Assembly: GCA_002269645.1 (NCBI GenBank)
Contig: NIVC01001058.1
Location: 156 to 64,155, forward strand
DNA: 64,000 nt
Source of the DNA: Macrostomum lignano
Lineage: Eukaryota
Reading direction: 5' to 3'
The translations under genes and the position numbers were made by a program. The notes below the pieces were generated by a model that saw only the letters and a program-made list of their open reading frames with translations, was not told the DNA's origin and ran no database searches. Shown here piece after piece: positions 1-18,856 of the stretch; within the stretch, counting starts at the first letter, position 1; every line of letters begins with the position of its first letter.

Positions 1-329
1 CTCGTAGTTTGCATTGCAGGCTGAGAGAAGAGTGTTACAGACAGGGGTGTCGTAGTCTTAGATAAAAAAATAGTAGTGGCTACTGGCTAGTCATTTGTCA
101 GATCGATAGATTTTAGTTTAATCTTTTTTACTTTTCTATAATTTTTTGGGGTCGCTGTCGTGGACGTTGACAAAAACAAATTGACTCTTTTAGGCATAAT
201 TTTACGAAACTGTTTTAAAATTAGCGTCTTGGTATTGGTACAGCTTCAGTTTACGCAATAGTTATTAAGGATTGGGGTCCAAATGTCCACCCAAATCGCG
301 ACGTCTGACTGTAATCCGACACGGGGTGC

Positions 330-1233
330 ATTTACAGTATCTGACATGTAGGCGCAGCATCAGTATCTGACACAAGGCGACTATCTGACACACGGTGACA
401 GCATCTGACAATATCTGACACACGGTGGCAGTATCTCACAATATCTCACACAAGGCGACAGTATCTGACAATATCTCCCACACGGTGGCAGCATCTGACA
501 ATATCTCCCACACGGTGGCAGCATCTGACAATATCTGACACACGGTGCCAGCATCTGACAAATCTGACACACGGTGCCAGCATCTGACAATATCTGACAC
601 ACGGTGCCAGCATCTGACAATATCTGACACACACGGTGCCAGCATCTGACAATATCTGACAATATCTGACAATATCTGACAATATCTGACAATATCTGAC
701 AATATCTGACAATATCTGACACACGGTGGCAGCATCTGACAATGTCTCCCACACGGTGGCAGCATCTGACAATATCTCCCACACGGTGGCAGCATCTGAC
801 AATGTCTCCCACACGGTGGCAGCATCTGACAATATCTCCCACACGGTGGCAGCATCTGACAATATCTCACACAAGGTGGCAGTATCTGACACAAGGTGGC
901 AGTATCTGACAATATCTCACACAAGGTGGCAGCATCTGACAATATCTCCCACACGGTGGCAATATCTGACAATATCTCCCACGCGGTGGCAATATCTGAC
1001 AATATCTCCCACGCGGTGGCAGCATCTGACAATATCTCCCACACAGTGGCAGCATCTGACAATATCTCACACAAGGTGGCAGTATCTGACAATATCTCAC
1101 ACAAGGTGGCAGTATCTGACAATATCTCACACAAGGTGACAGTATCTGACACAGGTGGGTGACACAGGGGCGATCGGTATCTGACACAGGAGCCATCGGT
1201 ATCTGACACAGAGGCATCAGTATATCTGACCAC
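330..1233. repeat. Complex minisatellite built on an ATCTGACA core (about 30-bp units such as CAGCATCTGACAATATCTCCCACACGGTGG, plus 10-bp ATCTGACAAT runs)
   Basis: Direct reading of the repeated units. All overlapping ORFs are periodic artefacts. Confidence 0.92.
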
Positions 1234-1649
1234 AGGTTATCACTGTTAATAGTGGGGCCATGTCCCGGGACAGATCAAGAAGTTGGGGTTCGCGTAAAAT
1301 ACGCACTGTCTACACATCCTTGTCATGAGTGTCATTCAGGCGAATCAAACTGTAAACTACTCGGTCATCAAATAGAATTAAAATTAGACTTTGCTAAGGT
1401 ATTTTTAGATTTGCCAAGCCAACAAGACCTTTTTGCTGCAGAACCAGAACGAAGAAGAATGAACGCGAACTTCGTCATGGAACTTCGTTATGGATTTTAA
1501 TTCAAGCATTTTATAGCCAAAACACTTGCCTGGCAACGATAGTGTCTTGTCTATAACTTTTGCACCCGCGGTTTAGATAGTAGTGCTTTAAATTGTTTTC
1601 AATACATATCGGCAATAGTCCACTAATGACTATACATACAATGACTATC

Positions 1650-3135
1650 ACTATCTGACACAGGGGCATCGGAATCTGGCATCGGCATCTGACACTGGGA
1701 CATCGGCATCTGACATGAGGGTTTCGGCATCTGACACGAGGGTTTCGGCATCTGACACTGCAGGGGCATCGGCATCTGACACAGGAGTATCGGCATCTGA
1801 CACAGGAGTATCGGAATCTGACACAGGGGTATTGGAATCTGACAACAGGGGTATCGGAATCTGACAACAGGGGCATTGGAATCTGACACAGGAGTATCGG
1901 CATCTGACACAGGAGTATCGGCATCTGACACGGGGGAATCGGGATCTGACACAGGAGTATCGGAATCTGACACAGGGGTATCGGAATCTGACAACAGGGG
2001 CATTGGAATCTGACACAGGGGCATCGGAATCTGGCATCGGCATCTGACATGAGGGTTTCGGCATCTGACACTGCGGGGGCATCGGCATCTGACACTGCAG
2101 GGGCATCGGCATCTGACCCAGGAGTATCGGCATCTGACACGGGGGAATCGGGATCTGACACAGGGTTTCGGCATCTGACACTGGGGCATCGGCATCTGAC
2201 ATGAGGGCATCGGCATCTGACACTGCAGGGGCATCGGCATCTGACCCAGGAGTATCGGCATCTGACACGGGGGAATCGGGATCTGACACAGGGTTTCGGC
2301 ATCTGACACTGGGGCATCGGCATCTGACATGAGGGGCATTGGAATCTGACACAGGGGCATCGGAATCTGACAACAGGGGCATTGGAATCTGACACAGGGG
2401 CATCGGAATCTGGCATCGGCATCTGACATGAGGGTTTCGGCATCTGACACTGCGGGGGCATCGGCATCTGACACTGCAGGGGCATCGGCATCTGACACTG
2501 CAGGGGCATCGGCATCTGACCCAGGAGTATCGGCATCTGACACGGGGGAATCGGATCTGACACAGGGTTTCGGCATCTGACACTGGGGCATCGGCATCTG
2601 ACATGAGGGCATCGGCATCTGACACTGCAGGGGCATCGGCATCTGACACAGGAGTATCGGCATCTGACACTGCAGGGGCATCGGCATCTGACACAGGAGT
2701 ATCGGCATCTGACACAGGAGTATCGGCATCTGACATGAGGGTTTCGGCATCTGACAACAGGGGCATCGGCATCTGACATGAGGGTTTCGGCATCTGACAA
2801 CAGGGGCATCGGCATCTGACATGAGGGTTTCGGCATCTGACAACAGGGGCATCGGCATCTGACATGAGGGTTTCGGCATCTGACAACAGGGGCATCGGCA
2901 TCTGACATGAGGGTTTCGGCATCTGACAACAGGGGCATCGGCATCTGACATGAGGGTTTCGGCATCTGACACTGGGCATCGGCATCTGACACAGAAGTAT
3001 CGGCATCTGACACTGGGGCATCGGAATCTGACAACAGGGGCATTGGAATCTGACACAGGGGCATCGGAATCTGACACAGGGGCATCGGAATCTGACAACA
3101 GGGGCATCGGCATCTGACACTGGGGCATCGGGCAT
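1650..3135. repeat. Minisatellite of about 21-22-bp units (GGCATCGGCATCTGACAC...) with higher-order blocks
   Basis: Repeated GGCATCTGACA core. It shares ATCTGACAC with the 330-1233 array. Confidence 0.92.
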
Positions 3136-3614
3136 TCGATTTATTGGCATGGATGATGCCTGGACAATGGGATCTCTAATCGGGGATTAATGGCTGGTTG
3201 ATGATGGGGGAACTTTCAACAATGTGAAGAATGGTCTAGGTCAGTTCTGTCCCAACTGGTGCAACCCGTAGTGGCACGTGCTGCATTGAGTTTGACAAGG
3301 CCTTTTTCGTCATAACATAAGTAACAGGCAACAACGGAAACAGAATACTCGCACAGCAGTTCCATTCATGCATTCGCTATACGCATAAACAAACCGGCCT
3401 TGCTGAAGATACTAAAGGTAGGAGGATGGAGAGACTGAGAGGAAAGTATAAAGATGCATATTTGCTGACAGCGAAGTTCTGACAGTCCAAGGGACCTATT
3501 TATTGAATATGTGAACTGAAATTTTTAAGATAAATTTAAAATTGTTACCTAAGATAAGCCCCTGGGCGGAGACACAACATTTGAAGTGAAAAAAATAAGA
3601 TTGACTGTAGATAA

Positions 3615-3830
3615 TTGGACTGAATGAACCTCTATGACCGAGGCGGGTTGGACTGATTGAACCTCTATGACCGAGGCGGGTTGGACTGAATGAACCTGTA
3701 TGACCGAGGCGGGTTGGACTGGATAAACCTCTATGACCGAGGCGGGTTGGACTGGATAAACCTCTATGACCGAGGCGGGTTGGACTGGATAAGCCTCTAT
3801 GACCGAGGCGGGTTGGACTGGATGAACCTC
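3615..3830. repeat. 33-bp tandem repeat (about 6.5 copies)
   Basis: CTATGACCGAGGCGGGTTGGACTGGATAAACCT with period 33. Confidence 0.92.
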
Positions 3831-5439
3831 ATGACAATGTCTCGTAACACCCGAGGGCCTCCAGCCCTTATATGACTGAGCAGAAAGCAGAAGGAGCTAC
3901 GCACTAGGCACTTGTTGGTGAATTATTTTGTCCTAAATATGTAGTCGCTGCCCTTGTTTCTGCCTTGTACTGATTGTTTACAGACACTACACACCGAACT
4001 AACATATTCGAGCAATGCATTAAGTCGTGATGGTGACTAATTCAATTAAGTTAACCCCCAGGTTTCCGTTTCTTCACTAAGTTCACTTTCCTCCAGCAGG
4101 CCTGGTATTCGAGAAATGAACCCAAGAAAGAAGTAAGTATCAACCGAAGACCTTGTCACGCAAGGTAGCTAGCTATAGTTGCAATCATTATTTATTCTTA
4201 CGGAACTCTTTTCGGGGGGGGGGGTTGATAGCTGATAAGAACTGGCACTACTACAGTTTAGCGGCAGAAGTCACCTTCTTGTGATGGAGAGAAAAAATGT
4301 CTTTGTTTGCTGTGCAGGGCAAGCTAGAACATGCCACCGCCACAGCAAGCCTTGTGACACCAAATTGTACCTGTCTGTGAATGCAGCCCTATGCAGGGAG
4401 ACAGCCCAGCAGTTCTTTGTGCTGGATCTGAAGGTGACCTTGCTGCAGTATCAAAAACTGTTGCATATAGGCTTAGTGGGAGAACTGGCATTTGTACTTT
4501 TCAAGCCCCATTTCGCTTCAACACTGGGCGGCGATGACTCAGTTCACCTTGCTAATAACCATGCGATGACGAGGGCTGCAGTCTGCAGGGTAGTTGCCGA
4601 TTCCTCTCTCCCCATAATGCGAACACTTTGCTTTACCAAATCCCGGAGATAAGAGGCCTCTTTATTCTGTTTCCGAATTTTCGCTCTTTGTTCCATATTT
4701 ATCCCTATATGCAGTCAGTCTACAGTATCGCAGGGGGTCACGGGTTAACGGTTTGTTGTGCGGGCCCAGGACTTCTCCGTGACAAACAGACCCTGTTTGA
4801 GGGACTTGCTAATGCTAATCATTCCGGGTCCTTTTTTGGCCCGGCTTGTTTGTGGGTTGCTTAGCGGCCGCCCGAGAAGTTCAGGTTGTTGACTCAGACT
4901 GGGTGGCTCACCGATAGGATTCACGGCTCCACTCCTCTGCGCTTCCCTTCGTTGATGTATTATCCCAACAAGAACCCGTTTGATATTCGTGGGAAGGAAG
5001 TTGCTTACGAGTTTTGTTTGGCATTGGGAGCAGAAGGTGAGCCCGACGCTTACATCTGACCCTTGCGCCGCCACCCAATCCACTAAAATGGCGAGCGCTG
5101 TCAACTGTCAACAATCTGGCCGGACGTTGAAAAGGATTCCGAAAAAAATTGGGGCATATTTTTGCCGAGAGCGATTCCGCCGTCTATAATAGTCATGTGA
5201 CCTCGGCGACCTTGGCGATTGAGTAAACAAACAGACTTTAGCGACAGACACACGGTAGCTAGTAAGCCCGTGACAGTGACGAGAGGCCGAGCTGGAATGC
5301 TGTAGAGTTACATGCTGGGGCTCTGCGGCGTTGAAGGAGCGAACCAGTGGGGGGGGGGCAAGCAAAGGTGGCCGCGGCCGCCACCTTCGATAGTGCTGGC
5401 GCCCTAAGGTGGCGCCCCCCTTGTACCTGTCCCATTGAT

Positions 5440-6375
5440 GGCACCCCCACACCCCTCGATGGCGCCCCCACCCCAATCGATGGCGTCCCCACCCCTGGCG
5501 TCCCCACACCCCTCAATAGCGTCCCCACACCCCTCGATGGCGTCCCCAACTCCCCTCGATGGCGTCCCCAACTCCCCTGGATGGCGTCCCCAACTCCCCT
5601 CGATGGCGTCCCCACAACCCTCAATGGCGCCCCACACCCCTCAATGGCGTCCCCAACTCCCCTCGATGGCGCCCCCACACCCCTCAATGGCGTCCCCAAC
5701 TCCCCTCGATGGCGCCCCCACACCCCTCAATGGCGTCCCCAACTCCCCTCGATGGCGCCCCCACACCCCTCAATGGCGTCCCCAACTCCCCTCGATGGCG
5801 TCCCCACACCCCTCAATGGCGTCCCCAACTCCCCTCGATGGCGCCCCCACACCCCTCAATGGCGTCCCCAACTCCCCTCGATGGCGCCCCCACACCCCTC
5901 AATGGCGTCCCCAACTCCCCTCGATGGCGCCCCACACGATGGCGTCCCCAACGCCATATATAACGCCATATATAACATATATATATACAATATACAATAT
6001 ATATATATATACAACGCCATATATAACGCCATAGACGCTACCAATGGCGTCCCCAACTCCCCTCGATGGCGCCCCCACACCCCTCAATGGCGTCCCCAAC
6101 TCCCCTCGATGGCGCCCCCACACCCCTCAATGGCGTCCCCAACTCCCCTCGATGGCGCCCCCACACCCCTCAATGGCGTCCCCAACTCCCCTCGATGGCG
6201 CCCCCACACCCCTCAATGGCGTCCCCAACTCCCCTCGATGGCGCCCCCACACCCCTCAATGGCGTCCCCAACTCCCCTCGATGGCGCCCCCCACACCCCT
6301 CAATGGCGCCCCCATGCACATCCCTAGATGGCGCCCCCAACCCCATCGATGGCGCCCCCACACCCCTCGATGGAG
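5440..6375. repeat. 43-bp C-rich satellite (21+22-bp subunits, ATGGCG core) interrupted by a (TA)n/ATATAAC stretch at about 5955-6030
   Basis: GATGGCGCCCCCACACCCCTCAATGGCGTCCCCAACTCCCCTC repeated about 20 times. Confidence 0.92.
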
Positions 6376-8166
6376 TCCCCTCTTCCAAAGACGCGCCCCT
6401 CCAATCACAAACCGCGGCTGCTGTGACGTTGTAAAGGGATATTCCCCCTCTCTAACTGGTACGCTGTTTGCTTCAAACGGGCTCGTTCAAAAAGCAAATG
6501 TTCTACAAATTAACTGTTCTAGAAAACTGTCCTAAATTTTTATATTTTTTATTGCTTTAAAAACTCTTAACGCTCAACTGAATTGTTGTTCACATGCAGT
6601 ATACGGAGAAAACCCCAAGGCGAATTTGTATTGAAATATAATTAATGAAAGGCAAGAAGCCGTCTATCTTTCATAGAGATTTTCAATATAGACAAATAGA
6701 GACAAATAGCTCGTAGACAAATTAGATGAGAAGTTCGGTTAGAAACTGCTTTTTCAGCCAACTGTTTTTTATAGATTTAAGCTTCGGCGAAGACTAAATC
6801 AAGTTGTTATAAAAGCAGAGAATATTTTCGTATGCAGCTAGGGGAGGATCCCAGCGAACGTGCAGTCGGTGCCTCATAGCTGCTGGCTTCACGGCGCAGT
6901 TGCAGCAGCAGTGCTCTGGAGACCCTATTCCCGGACACGGCCGCCCCAGTCCCAAATTCTCCCAAAATGTCTTAACACATGCATGTATAGCCGAGAAGTC
7001 GAGAACTGGGCCATCTGTGCCGCCCTATGCCCCACTCTCTCTCCCTCTCTCGACGGTTGATATGGAACTGCATGCAGTCACGCCCTGTAGAGTTTGGACT
7101 TGGAGGTCTTCGGAGGTCTTAGGGCAAAGTGGCAATTGTAGACCTGCATCCTTGTGTGTGCAGCCAAAAAGCAGGGCTTCCTCCCACTTCCACGACTGCC
7201 TTTCCCTCAAAAAGCATCCCAGAGCCAGAGTCGGAGAGCTTCCTCGATGAGTTAAAGTGTAGCTATTGTTGTTTTTTTCCTATAAGTTCCTAAATTTCAA
7301 CATAAATCCCTGTCCTGAACACGCGGATAACGAATGGCGCCATTCCGACGAGAGTTGGTTTTTTCAATTTTATTTTATTCAGCTCTGCATCGACAGAGGG
7401 TTGCTCACGACCCTTCTGTAAAGTTTTTTATGGAGCCGGGGTCCGTCTGTCGACCTCGGCAGTCTAAGTTGACTTCTGTCGAGTCCTATAGTTGTTGTAT
7501 ATAAAAAATACGTTTGAAGTCGGCGGGTTGTATCGAATCCTTGGTCTCGAAATTATCCCCATTATGCTTATAGCTCTTATACATTATAGCATATAAGGCT
7601 CCGAATATAAATTTTCTGACACAAGTTTATTACAGGAGATAATTATTATTTACGATCACCATTCCATAGTTAAACATTATGTTGCATTTATAATAATGTC
7701 TTCTGCGTTAGGCTTTTACAAGCCTCAACTGTTGTGTACCATTTATTAAATGCGGTTAGCTCTGACCTGCATTAAAATACTGCAATATTTATATTTCAGC
7801 TGGGGCTGGTTGGTGGGTTGCGTCATCACAGGGGGAGGGGGAATTCCCTCCATTTTTCGGAATTTTCTTCCTGGAGAACCGCCTACATACGGGTTTAGTG
7901 AGCTAGATAACTGAGCGCAGCTAGCAACTCAATTACGAGCTGTTTTGAGCGGACAGACGGCCCGCATCAAACCGTCAGCTTTCATTGTGAATTTCACCTG
8001 CGCTTGCTGGGCATGGCAGAAACTGACTGCCGCTCTTGTGCTGTACAGCCATTGCCGTGTGGTTTCTCAATATTTGACAGTATCTGCTTTGCGGAAATTT
8101 AAAGCTAAATATGTGTCAGTAATCTCTCATTACTCACTGGCACAAGCTGTTGTGGAGTATGCAACA

Positions 8167-9119
8167 ATGGATTGCTAATCTAGCTCATGCATAAAGTATG
8201 TAATGGATTGCTAATCTAGCTCATGCATAAAGTATGTAATGGATTGCTAATCTAGCTCATGCATAAAGTATGTAATGGATTGCTAATCTAGCTCATGCAT
8301 AAAGTATGTAATGGATTGCTAATCTAGCTCATGAATAAAGTATGTAATGGATTGCTAATCTAGCTCATGCATAAAGTATGTAATGGATTGCTAATCTAGC
8401 TCATGCATAAAGTATGTAATGGATTGCTAATCTAGCTCATGCATAAAGTATGTAATGGATTGCTAATCTAGCTCATGCATAAAGTATGTAATGGATTGCT
8501 AATCTAGCTCATGCATAAAGTATGTAATGGATTGCTAATCTAGCTCATGCATAAAGTATGTAATGGATTGCTAATCTAGCTCATGCATAAAGTATGTAAT
8601 GGATTGCTAATCTAGCTCATGAATAAAGTATGTAATGGATTGCTAATCTAGCTCATGAATAAAGTATGTAATGGATTGCTAATCTAGCTCATGCATAAAG
8701 TATGTAATGGATTGCTAATCTAGCTCATGCATAAAGTATGTAATGGGTTGCTAATCTAGCTCATGAATAAAGTATGTAATGGATTGCTAATCTAGCTCAT
8801 GAATAAAGTATGTAATGGATTGCAAATCTAGCTCATGCATAAAGTATGTAATGGATTGCTAATCTAGCTCATGAATAAAGTATGTAATGGATTGCTAATC
8901 TAGCTCATGAATAAAGTATGTAATGGATTGCTAATCTAGCTCATGAATAAAGTGTGTAATGGATTGCTAATCTAGCTCATGAATAAAGTGTGTAATGGAT
9001 TGCTAATCTAGCTCATGCATAAAGTATGTAATGGATTGCTAATCTAGCTCATGCATAAAGTGTGTAATGGATTGCTAATCTAGCTCATGAATTAAATATG
9101 TAATGGATTGCTAATCTAG
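8167..9119. repeat. 36-bp tandem repeat (about 26 copies)
   Basis: ATGGATTGCTAATCTAGCTCATGCATAAAGTATGTA, near-identical copies with no spacers. Confidence 0.95.
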
Positions 9120-9834
9120 TGATTTCACAAAAAGTTACATTTTGCAGAAAAAAATATGCAACAACCCTCAGAGGCAGGCGGCAAGTTAGAGGCAATAAAA
9201 TTTTATTATTCATATGTTTATTTTGCCTGCCACCATCACTGAGACGCACGCAGTAATTACTTGATTCATTCACACGTGTGCGGTTTTTGTTAAAACGAAT
9301 TTGCCATATTTTTTCAACTCCCATGCACGGCTTCCAGCCGAGACCTGAAAGCTTAACCGGCTTTATCTTAAAACTGAAGGCCTAACACGAATATATCAAT
9401 AGGTTGCACGGAAGTGGTTAGAATTGCGCTAGTATGGCGTGGGAGCTTACGGAGTTATAAAAGCATAAATAACAAAGGAAAGTTCCTGTTTAGCCAGAAA
9501 GTAATATATACTTACTGTCATAAATGATAATTTTAGCTGAAAATGCACCAGGAAACTAAATTCGATTAGACATGTTAAGATTAGGCATTAATTTTGGGGT
9601 CCCGAGCCTTTCCATAGAATTCTATCGAAAGATATTCTCCGCAGGTGCTCCTGCAGAAGAAAGAGCTCCGCAGGTGAGATATTAATATCTAATAGATATC
9701 TAATCTAGTTAGGTATGCTCGTATCTATCACTCTGGGGCCATACAGAGCCACAGCAAGCCATAGACTATAGTCAAAGTCACTGTAGCATAATTAAGTCAC
9801 TGAGAAAATATTTAAGCGTCAATTCAGCTCAGCA

Positions 9835-10180
9835 GGGTGAGATTTAAGCGCCAATTTACGAGCTCCGCAGGTGAGATTTAAGCGCGAATCTACGAGCTCC
9901 GCAGGTGAGATTTAAGCGCCAATTTACGAGCTCTGCAGGTGAGATTTAAGCGCCAATTCAGCTCTGCAGGTGAGATTTAAGCGCCAATTCAGCTCTGCAG
10001 GTGAGATTTAAGCGCCAATTTAGCTCTGCAGGTGAGATTTAAGCGCCAATTTAGCTCTGCAGGTGAGATTTAAGCGCCAATTCAGCTCTGCAGGTGAGAT
10101 TTAGGCGCCAATTTAGCTCCGCAGGTGAGATTTAGGCGCCAATTTACAAGCTCCGCAGGTGAGATTTAAGCGCCACTTTA
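9835..10180. repeat. 31-34-bp tandem repeat (about 11 copies)
   Basis: GCAGGTGAGATTTAAGCGCCAATTCAGCTCT and variants. Confidence 0.9.
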
Positions 10181-12341
10181 GGTCTGTTGACAAAATTATG
10201 TTGTCATTACTCATTTGATGCTTTTTGAATATTATTAATCGATCGAGATTTAAATATCGGCTCTCTTTAGTAGGGTCATGACGCTCCCGTGATCTCCCCT
10301 TTTGACTACGCCACCGTCTGAAGCATTGCTGCCAAATCTTTACCCCGATGTCAATCTAGTTTAGAGAGGTAAAAAGACCTCTAAAAACAACCAGAAGCTG
10401 TTCATCATTCGAGCAGGGCAGGACTCTGCATGGGCATATGTCAGATTTGGATAAATGCGTTGTTGATTGTTGGTTGAGTTGTTGGCGACTGACTATAAAT
10501 TACTTTTTTTTTACAGTGCAAGGCTTTGATTTAAACTGATTACAATGCCAATCAGGGGTTCGCAACGATTATTCATTAGTGACTTTTTTAAACCGAACTC
10601 TTCATCCCATCCCCTCTCCCTGCGTGATTTATGACTATACCGCGGTAATGGCTGGGATCTGGGAACTTTTTTCTTTCACCCTCCGGGGGAACTGTGGGCC
10701 GCCATGCAGTCGGGTTACGGAATGGAATCCCCCCAAAGCCAAAAACTTCCCCTGAACTCGTCACCGTCTGACTGTATCGACGATGACTCAGCTGGGCTCG
10801 CTATCTTCATGCACCGCTAAAAAGCAATGGAGACGAAAAGTGTAGATCAATATGATTTGCTGACTGGGCAAAAACTGAAATAGTTTATCGAAATTTGTTC
10901 TAGCGCAGCTAGTGCTCCTGATTCTGGACAATTTCGTTTGGATTAGGTAAAGAGAATGAGCCTGAGAACGAGCTACAATGGATCGTGATATGACTCAGTT
11001 ATAAAAATCTTTTCTGCACAATGATCCCCCGAAAAGATTTTTTAGGAATTTTCCATTTTTCTAACATTCTGCAGCACTGCAGCTTCTAATTATGTCACGC
11101 TATGTGTCAACAAAACTTTGTCAATTCATTTTTAACTGAATTTAGCTATATACTTTGTCTACTTTGATGTTGAGATCGATGTTGAAATGTTGAAATGAAC
11201 TTTTAAATATAGCCACTGCAATTAGCTAGCCTTCATTCCAACAGAGCATTCATTTATTAGTAAGAAATCGCAAATTACTACTTTTCTACGTAGTAGACTA
11301 TGACGTTGTTGTTGGTTATTCTGAATAGGAAGAGTTCCTACCTCCTGAGTTTTGTTTATTTCTCGAAATGTCAGGTGTTTTTTCTCCCAGTTCTTCATCA
11401 AGAGAATTCAAGTCACGTCCCGATCTCCATCCTGTCTCCATAAGTGCGCGGCTTGGATGAAAAAGACAGGACTTTCCTTGATTTGGCTATGTTGCGATAG
11501 CCCAGGGCTATGAGCAAAAACGGTTGAGACCGGTTTTGACTTTTGATAGTCGATTTTATGCACGAACCAAATGCACTGAACGCAGGTACAAGTTTATCCC
11601 AGTATTACTCGTACATCATGTACATCATCACGTATAGCTTTGGTTGGACTTTGATAATCGATGTATAAGTAAGGACTAATAGAAGTTACCGTTTAGCTTG
11701 TGGTTCTTGATATGAGCATAAATTCTTCTTGTAACCATTTCAAAAATTTCTACGCCAGGCACCTAATTGCACGGCCACTTTCCATTGATAAATTAAATCT
11801 ACCAAGAGAAAAAGAAAAACATGCAAAAATAAGATCGAATTTGTTTCTCAGTGTGCCCGCCCATCGGCTACGCCACTCGCTATCGCCTACATTGGAACTG
11901 TGAAGAATGTGCAATACAATTCAAGAATGCACACGTGCACACGACCTATAGTAAAATAAACGTAGTTTAAGTCAGCTATACTAAGAAATTATTCTTTAAA
12001 GTAAAAATCAATTACAATTTATAGATCCTTGCATGTTAGATAACGTAATTAAACCCACTTAAACTAGTTTGTTATAGAGTATTTTGTTAAGCTCTGTTAA
12101 AATTGTATCATGTCATTCAAATCAATATTGAAGTTTAGTTCCTAGAAAGCTTGTTGTATACAATATATATACATGCAAAATATCAATCAATCAACGATTG
12201 TCAACGGCGAGTCGGCGACAACAGTTGTGTTTTTGTAAAGTCAAGCTTTTAGCGCTCTAAAGATTTCATTAGAAAAAATAGTAAATTTTGCAGCTGTACA
12301 TCTTCCACAAGTCTAAGCAGCTTTCGGTGAAACGCTGATCG

Positions 12342-17107
<4,766 letters not shown>

Positions 17108-17409
17108 TGACTGCCTCTGGAGCTTCGAAGCTTGTCGGTGTCCTCCGGATTTGATCGCCTATTCAGCACCCTTTGACCCCCATTCTTGCTTCCACTGCTG
17201 CCTGTCCTAATTGCTGGGTTTGCTTGGTGTCTTGGTTTGCTTGCTAATTTTGCTGCGATATTGCTGCATATTGCAGATGCACCGGGTGAACTCATGCTTT
17301 GAGATGGCATCCGCCTTTCTGCACTCTATCTTCCTTGGTGTCTAATTGATTTTCAATTCTTTCTTTTTAGTATTCCCCCTCTTTCTTTCCTCTCTTTTCC
17401 TCGTCACCA

Positions 17410-17750
17410 CCCTCTCTCCCCTCCCTTCTCCTCTCTCCCCTCCTTTCTCCTCACTCCCCTCCTTTCTCCTCTCTCTCCCCTCCTTTCTCCTCTCTCTCCC
17501 CTCCTTTCTCCTCTCTCTCCCCTCCTTTCTCCTCTCTCTCCCCTCCTTTCTCCTCTCTCTCCCCTCCTTTCTCCTCTCTCCCCTCCTTTCTCCTCTCTCC
17601 CCTCCTTTCTCCTCTCTCTCCCCTCCTTTCTCCTCTCTCCCCTCCTTTCTCCTCTCTCCCCTCCTTTCTCCTCTCTCCCCTCCTTTCTCCTCTCTCCCCT
17701 CCTTTCTCCTCTCTCTCCCCTCCTTTCTCCTCTCTCCCCTCCTTCCTCTT
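17410..17750. repeat. Polypyrimidine (CT-rich) 19-21-bp tandem repeat
   Basis: CTCCTTTCTCCTCTCTCTCCC units. Confidence 0.9.
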
Positions 17751-18371
17751 CTCCGGTTTTTCTTCTTTCCTTCCTCTCCCTACCCCTCTGTCTCATCTTG
17801 GCCTATATTAGTGAAAAAATTAACTTCTCAAAACAAAAACTCAACCACCCTTTGTCTGATAATTTTTATAACAGGCCTCACAGTGTTGACACCTAATATT
17901 CCAGCGTCATCTTAAAAGTATTAGAATTACCACCATTAATTACTGATAGCAATCGCACTACAGCATGTGTATTTTGTCCCATCCGCTGACAAGTATTGTA
18001 TGGCTCTGTTGCTGATTAAATTATTTTATTCATCTGCCCGATATGTTTACAGCACTAATTGCCGGTGTGGATTTTCACTGCGCATCGTCAATGATGCTAA
18101 TTAACTTGCTCTTCAATACAGAGCCTTGCGCCCCTGTCTGTGCTGGAGAAATTCGAATTTACGAGTATTTTGCGATTGTTTCTCACGGGCCAGTTTATTT
18201 TGCTTCTGCTCGGATATCTGTGTCGCAGTTGTATTTGTTTTTCCCTGCTTTTGTCTGTTTTTCCTCCGATTTCTGCTTTGTTGTGCGGCTTAACTCAACT
18301 TTGCTTTTGTGTGCAGGACTTGGGCAAATTCTGAGTTTCCTTTGCTGGTTAAATATACTTGTCTGATTGTG

Positions 18372-18401
18372 TCTCTGTCTGTGTCTGTCTGGCTGTCTGT
18401 G

Positions 18402-18488
<87 letters not shown>

Positions 18489-18523
18489 GTGTCTGTCTCT
18501 GTCTGTCTGTCTGGCTGTCTGTG

Positions 18524-18554
<31 letters not shown>

Positions 18555-18670
18555 CTGTCTGTCTGTCTGTCTGTCTGTGTCTGTCTGTCTGTCTGTCTGT
18601 CTGACTGTCTGTCTGTCTGTCTGACTGTCTGTCTGTCTGTCTGTGTGTCTGTCTGTGTCTGTCTGTCTGT

Positions 18671-18709
<39 letters not shown>

Positions 18710-18856
18710 TTTGTCTGTCTGTCTGGCTGTTTGTCTGTCCGTCTGTCTGTCTGTCTGTCTTTCTATCTGTCTGTGTCTGTCTACCTGTCTGGCTGTCTGT
18801 CTGTCTGTCTGTCTGTCTGGCTGTCTATCTGTCTGTCTTAGTGTCTGTCTGACTGT
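18372..18856. repeat. (TCTG)n/(GGCT)n compound microsatellite
   Basis: Direct reading. Confidence 0.95.

Noticed and set aside
301-313. CGTCTGACTGTA shared with 10763-10775, like a TA-flanked TIR end
   Set aside because: No partner terminus was found in the window, and the match is too short to call.
381-3150. Long ORFs of up to 524 aa on the minus strand
   Set aside because: They are periodic translations of satellites and are open in several frames at once.
4051-4748. TTAACCC...GGGTTAA suggesting a piggyBac MITE
   Set aside because: The inverted match does not extend beyond CCC.
4281-5189. Short ORFs on both strands, some Cys-rich
   Set aside because: No recognisable family and no consistent splice chain. 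It may be a decayed TE but cannot be supported without a search.
8167-9119. 36-bp repeats (also the 33-, 34- and 47-bp arrays) have CRISPR-like unit lengths
   Set aside because: The units are head to tail with no unique spacers, there are no cas genes, and the context is eukaryotic.
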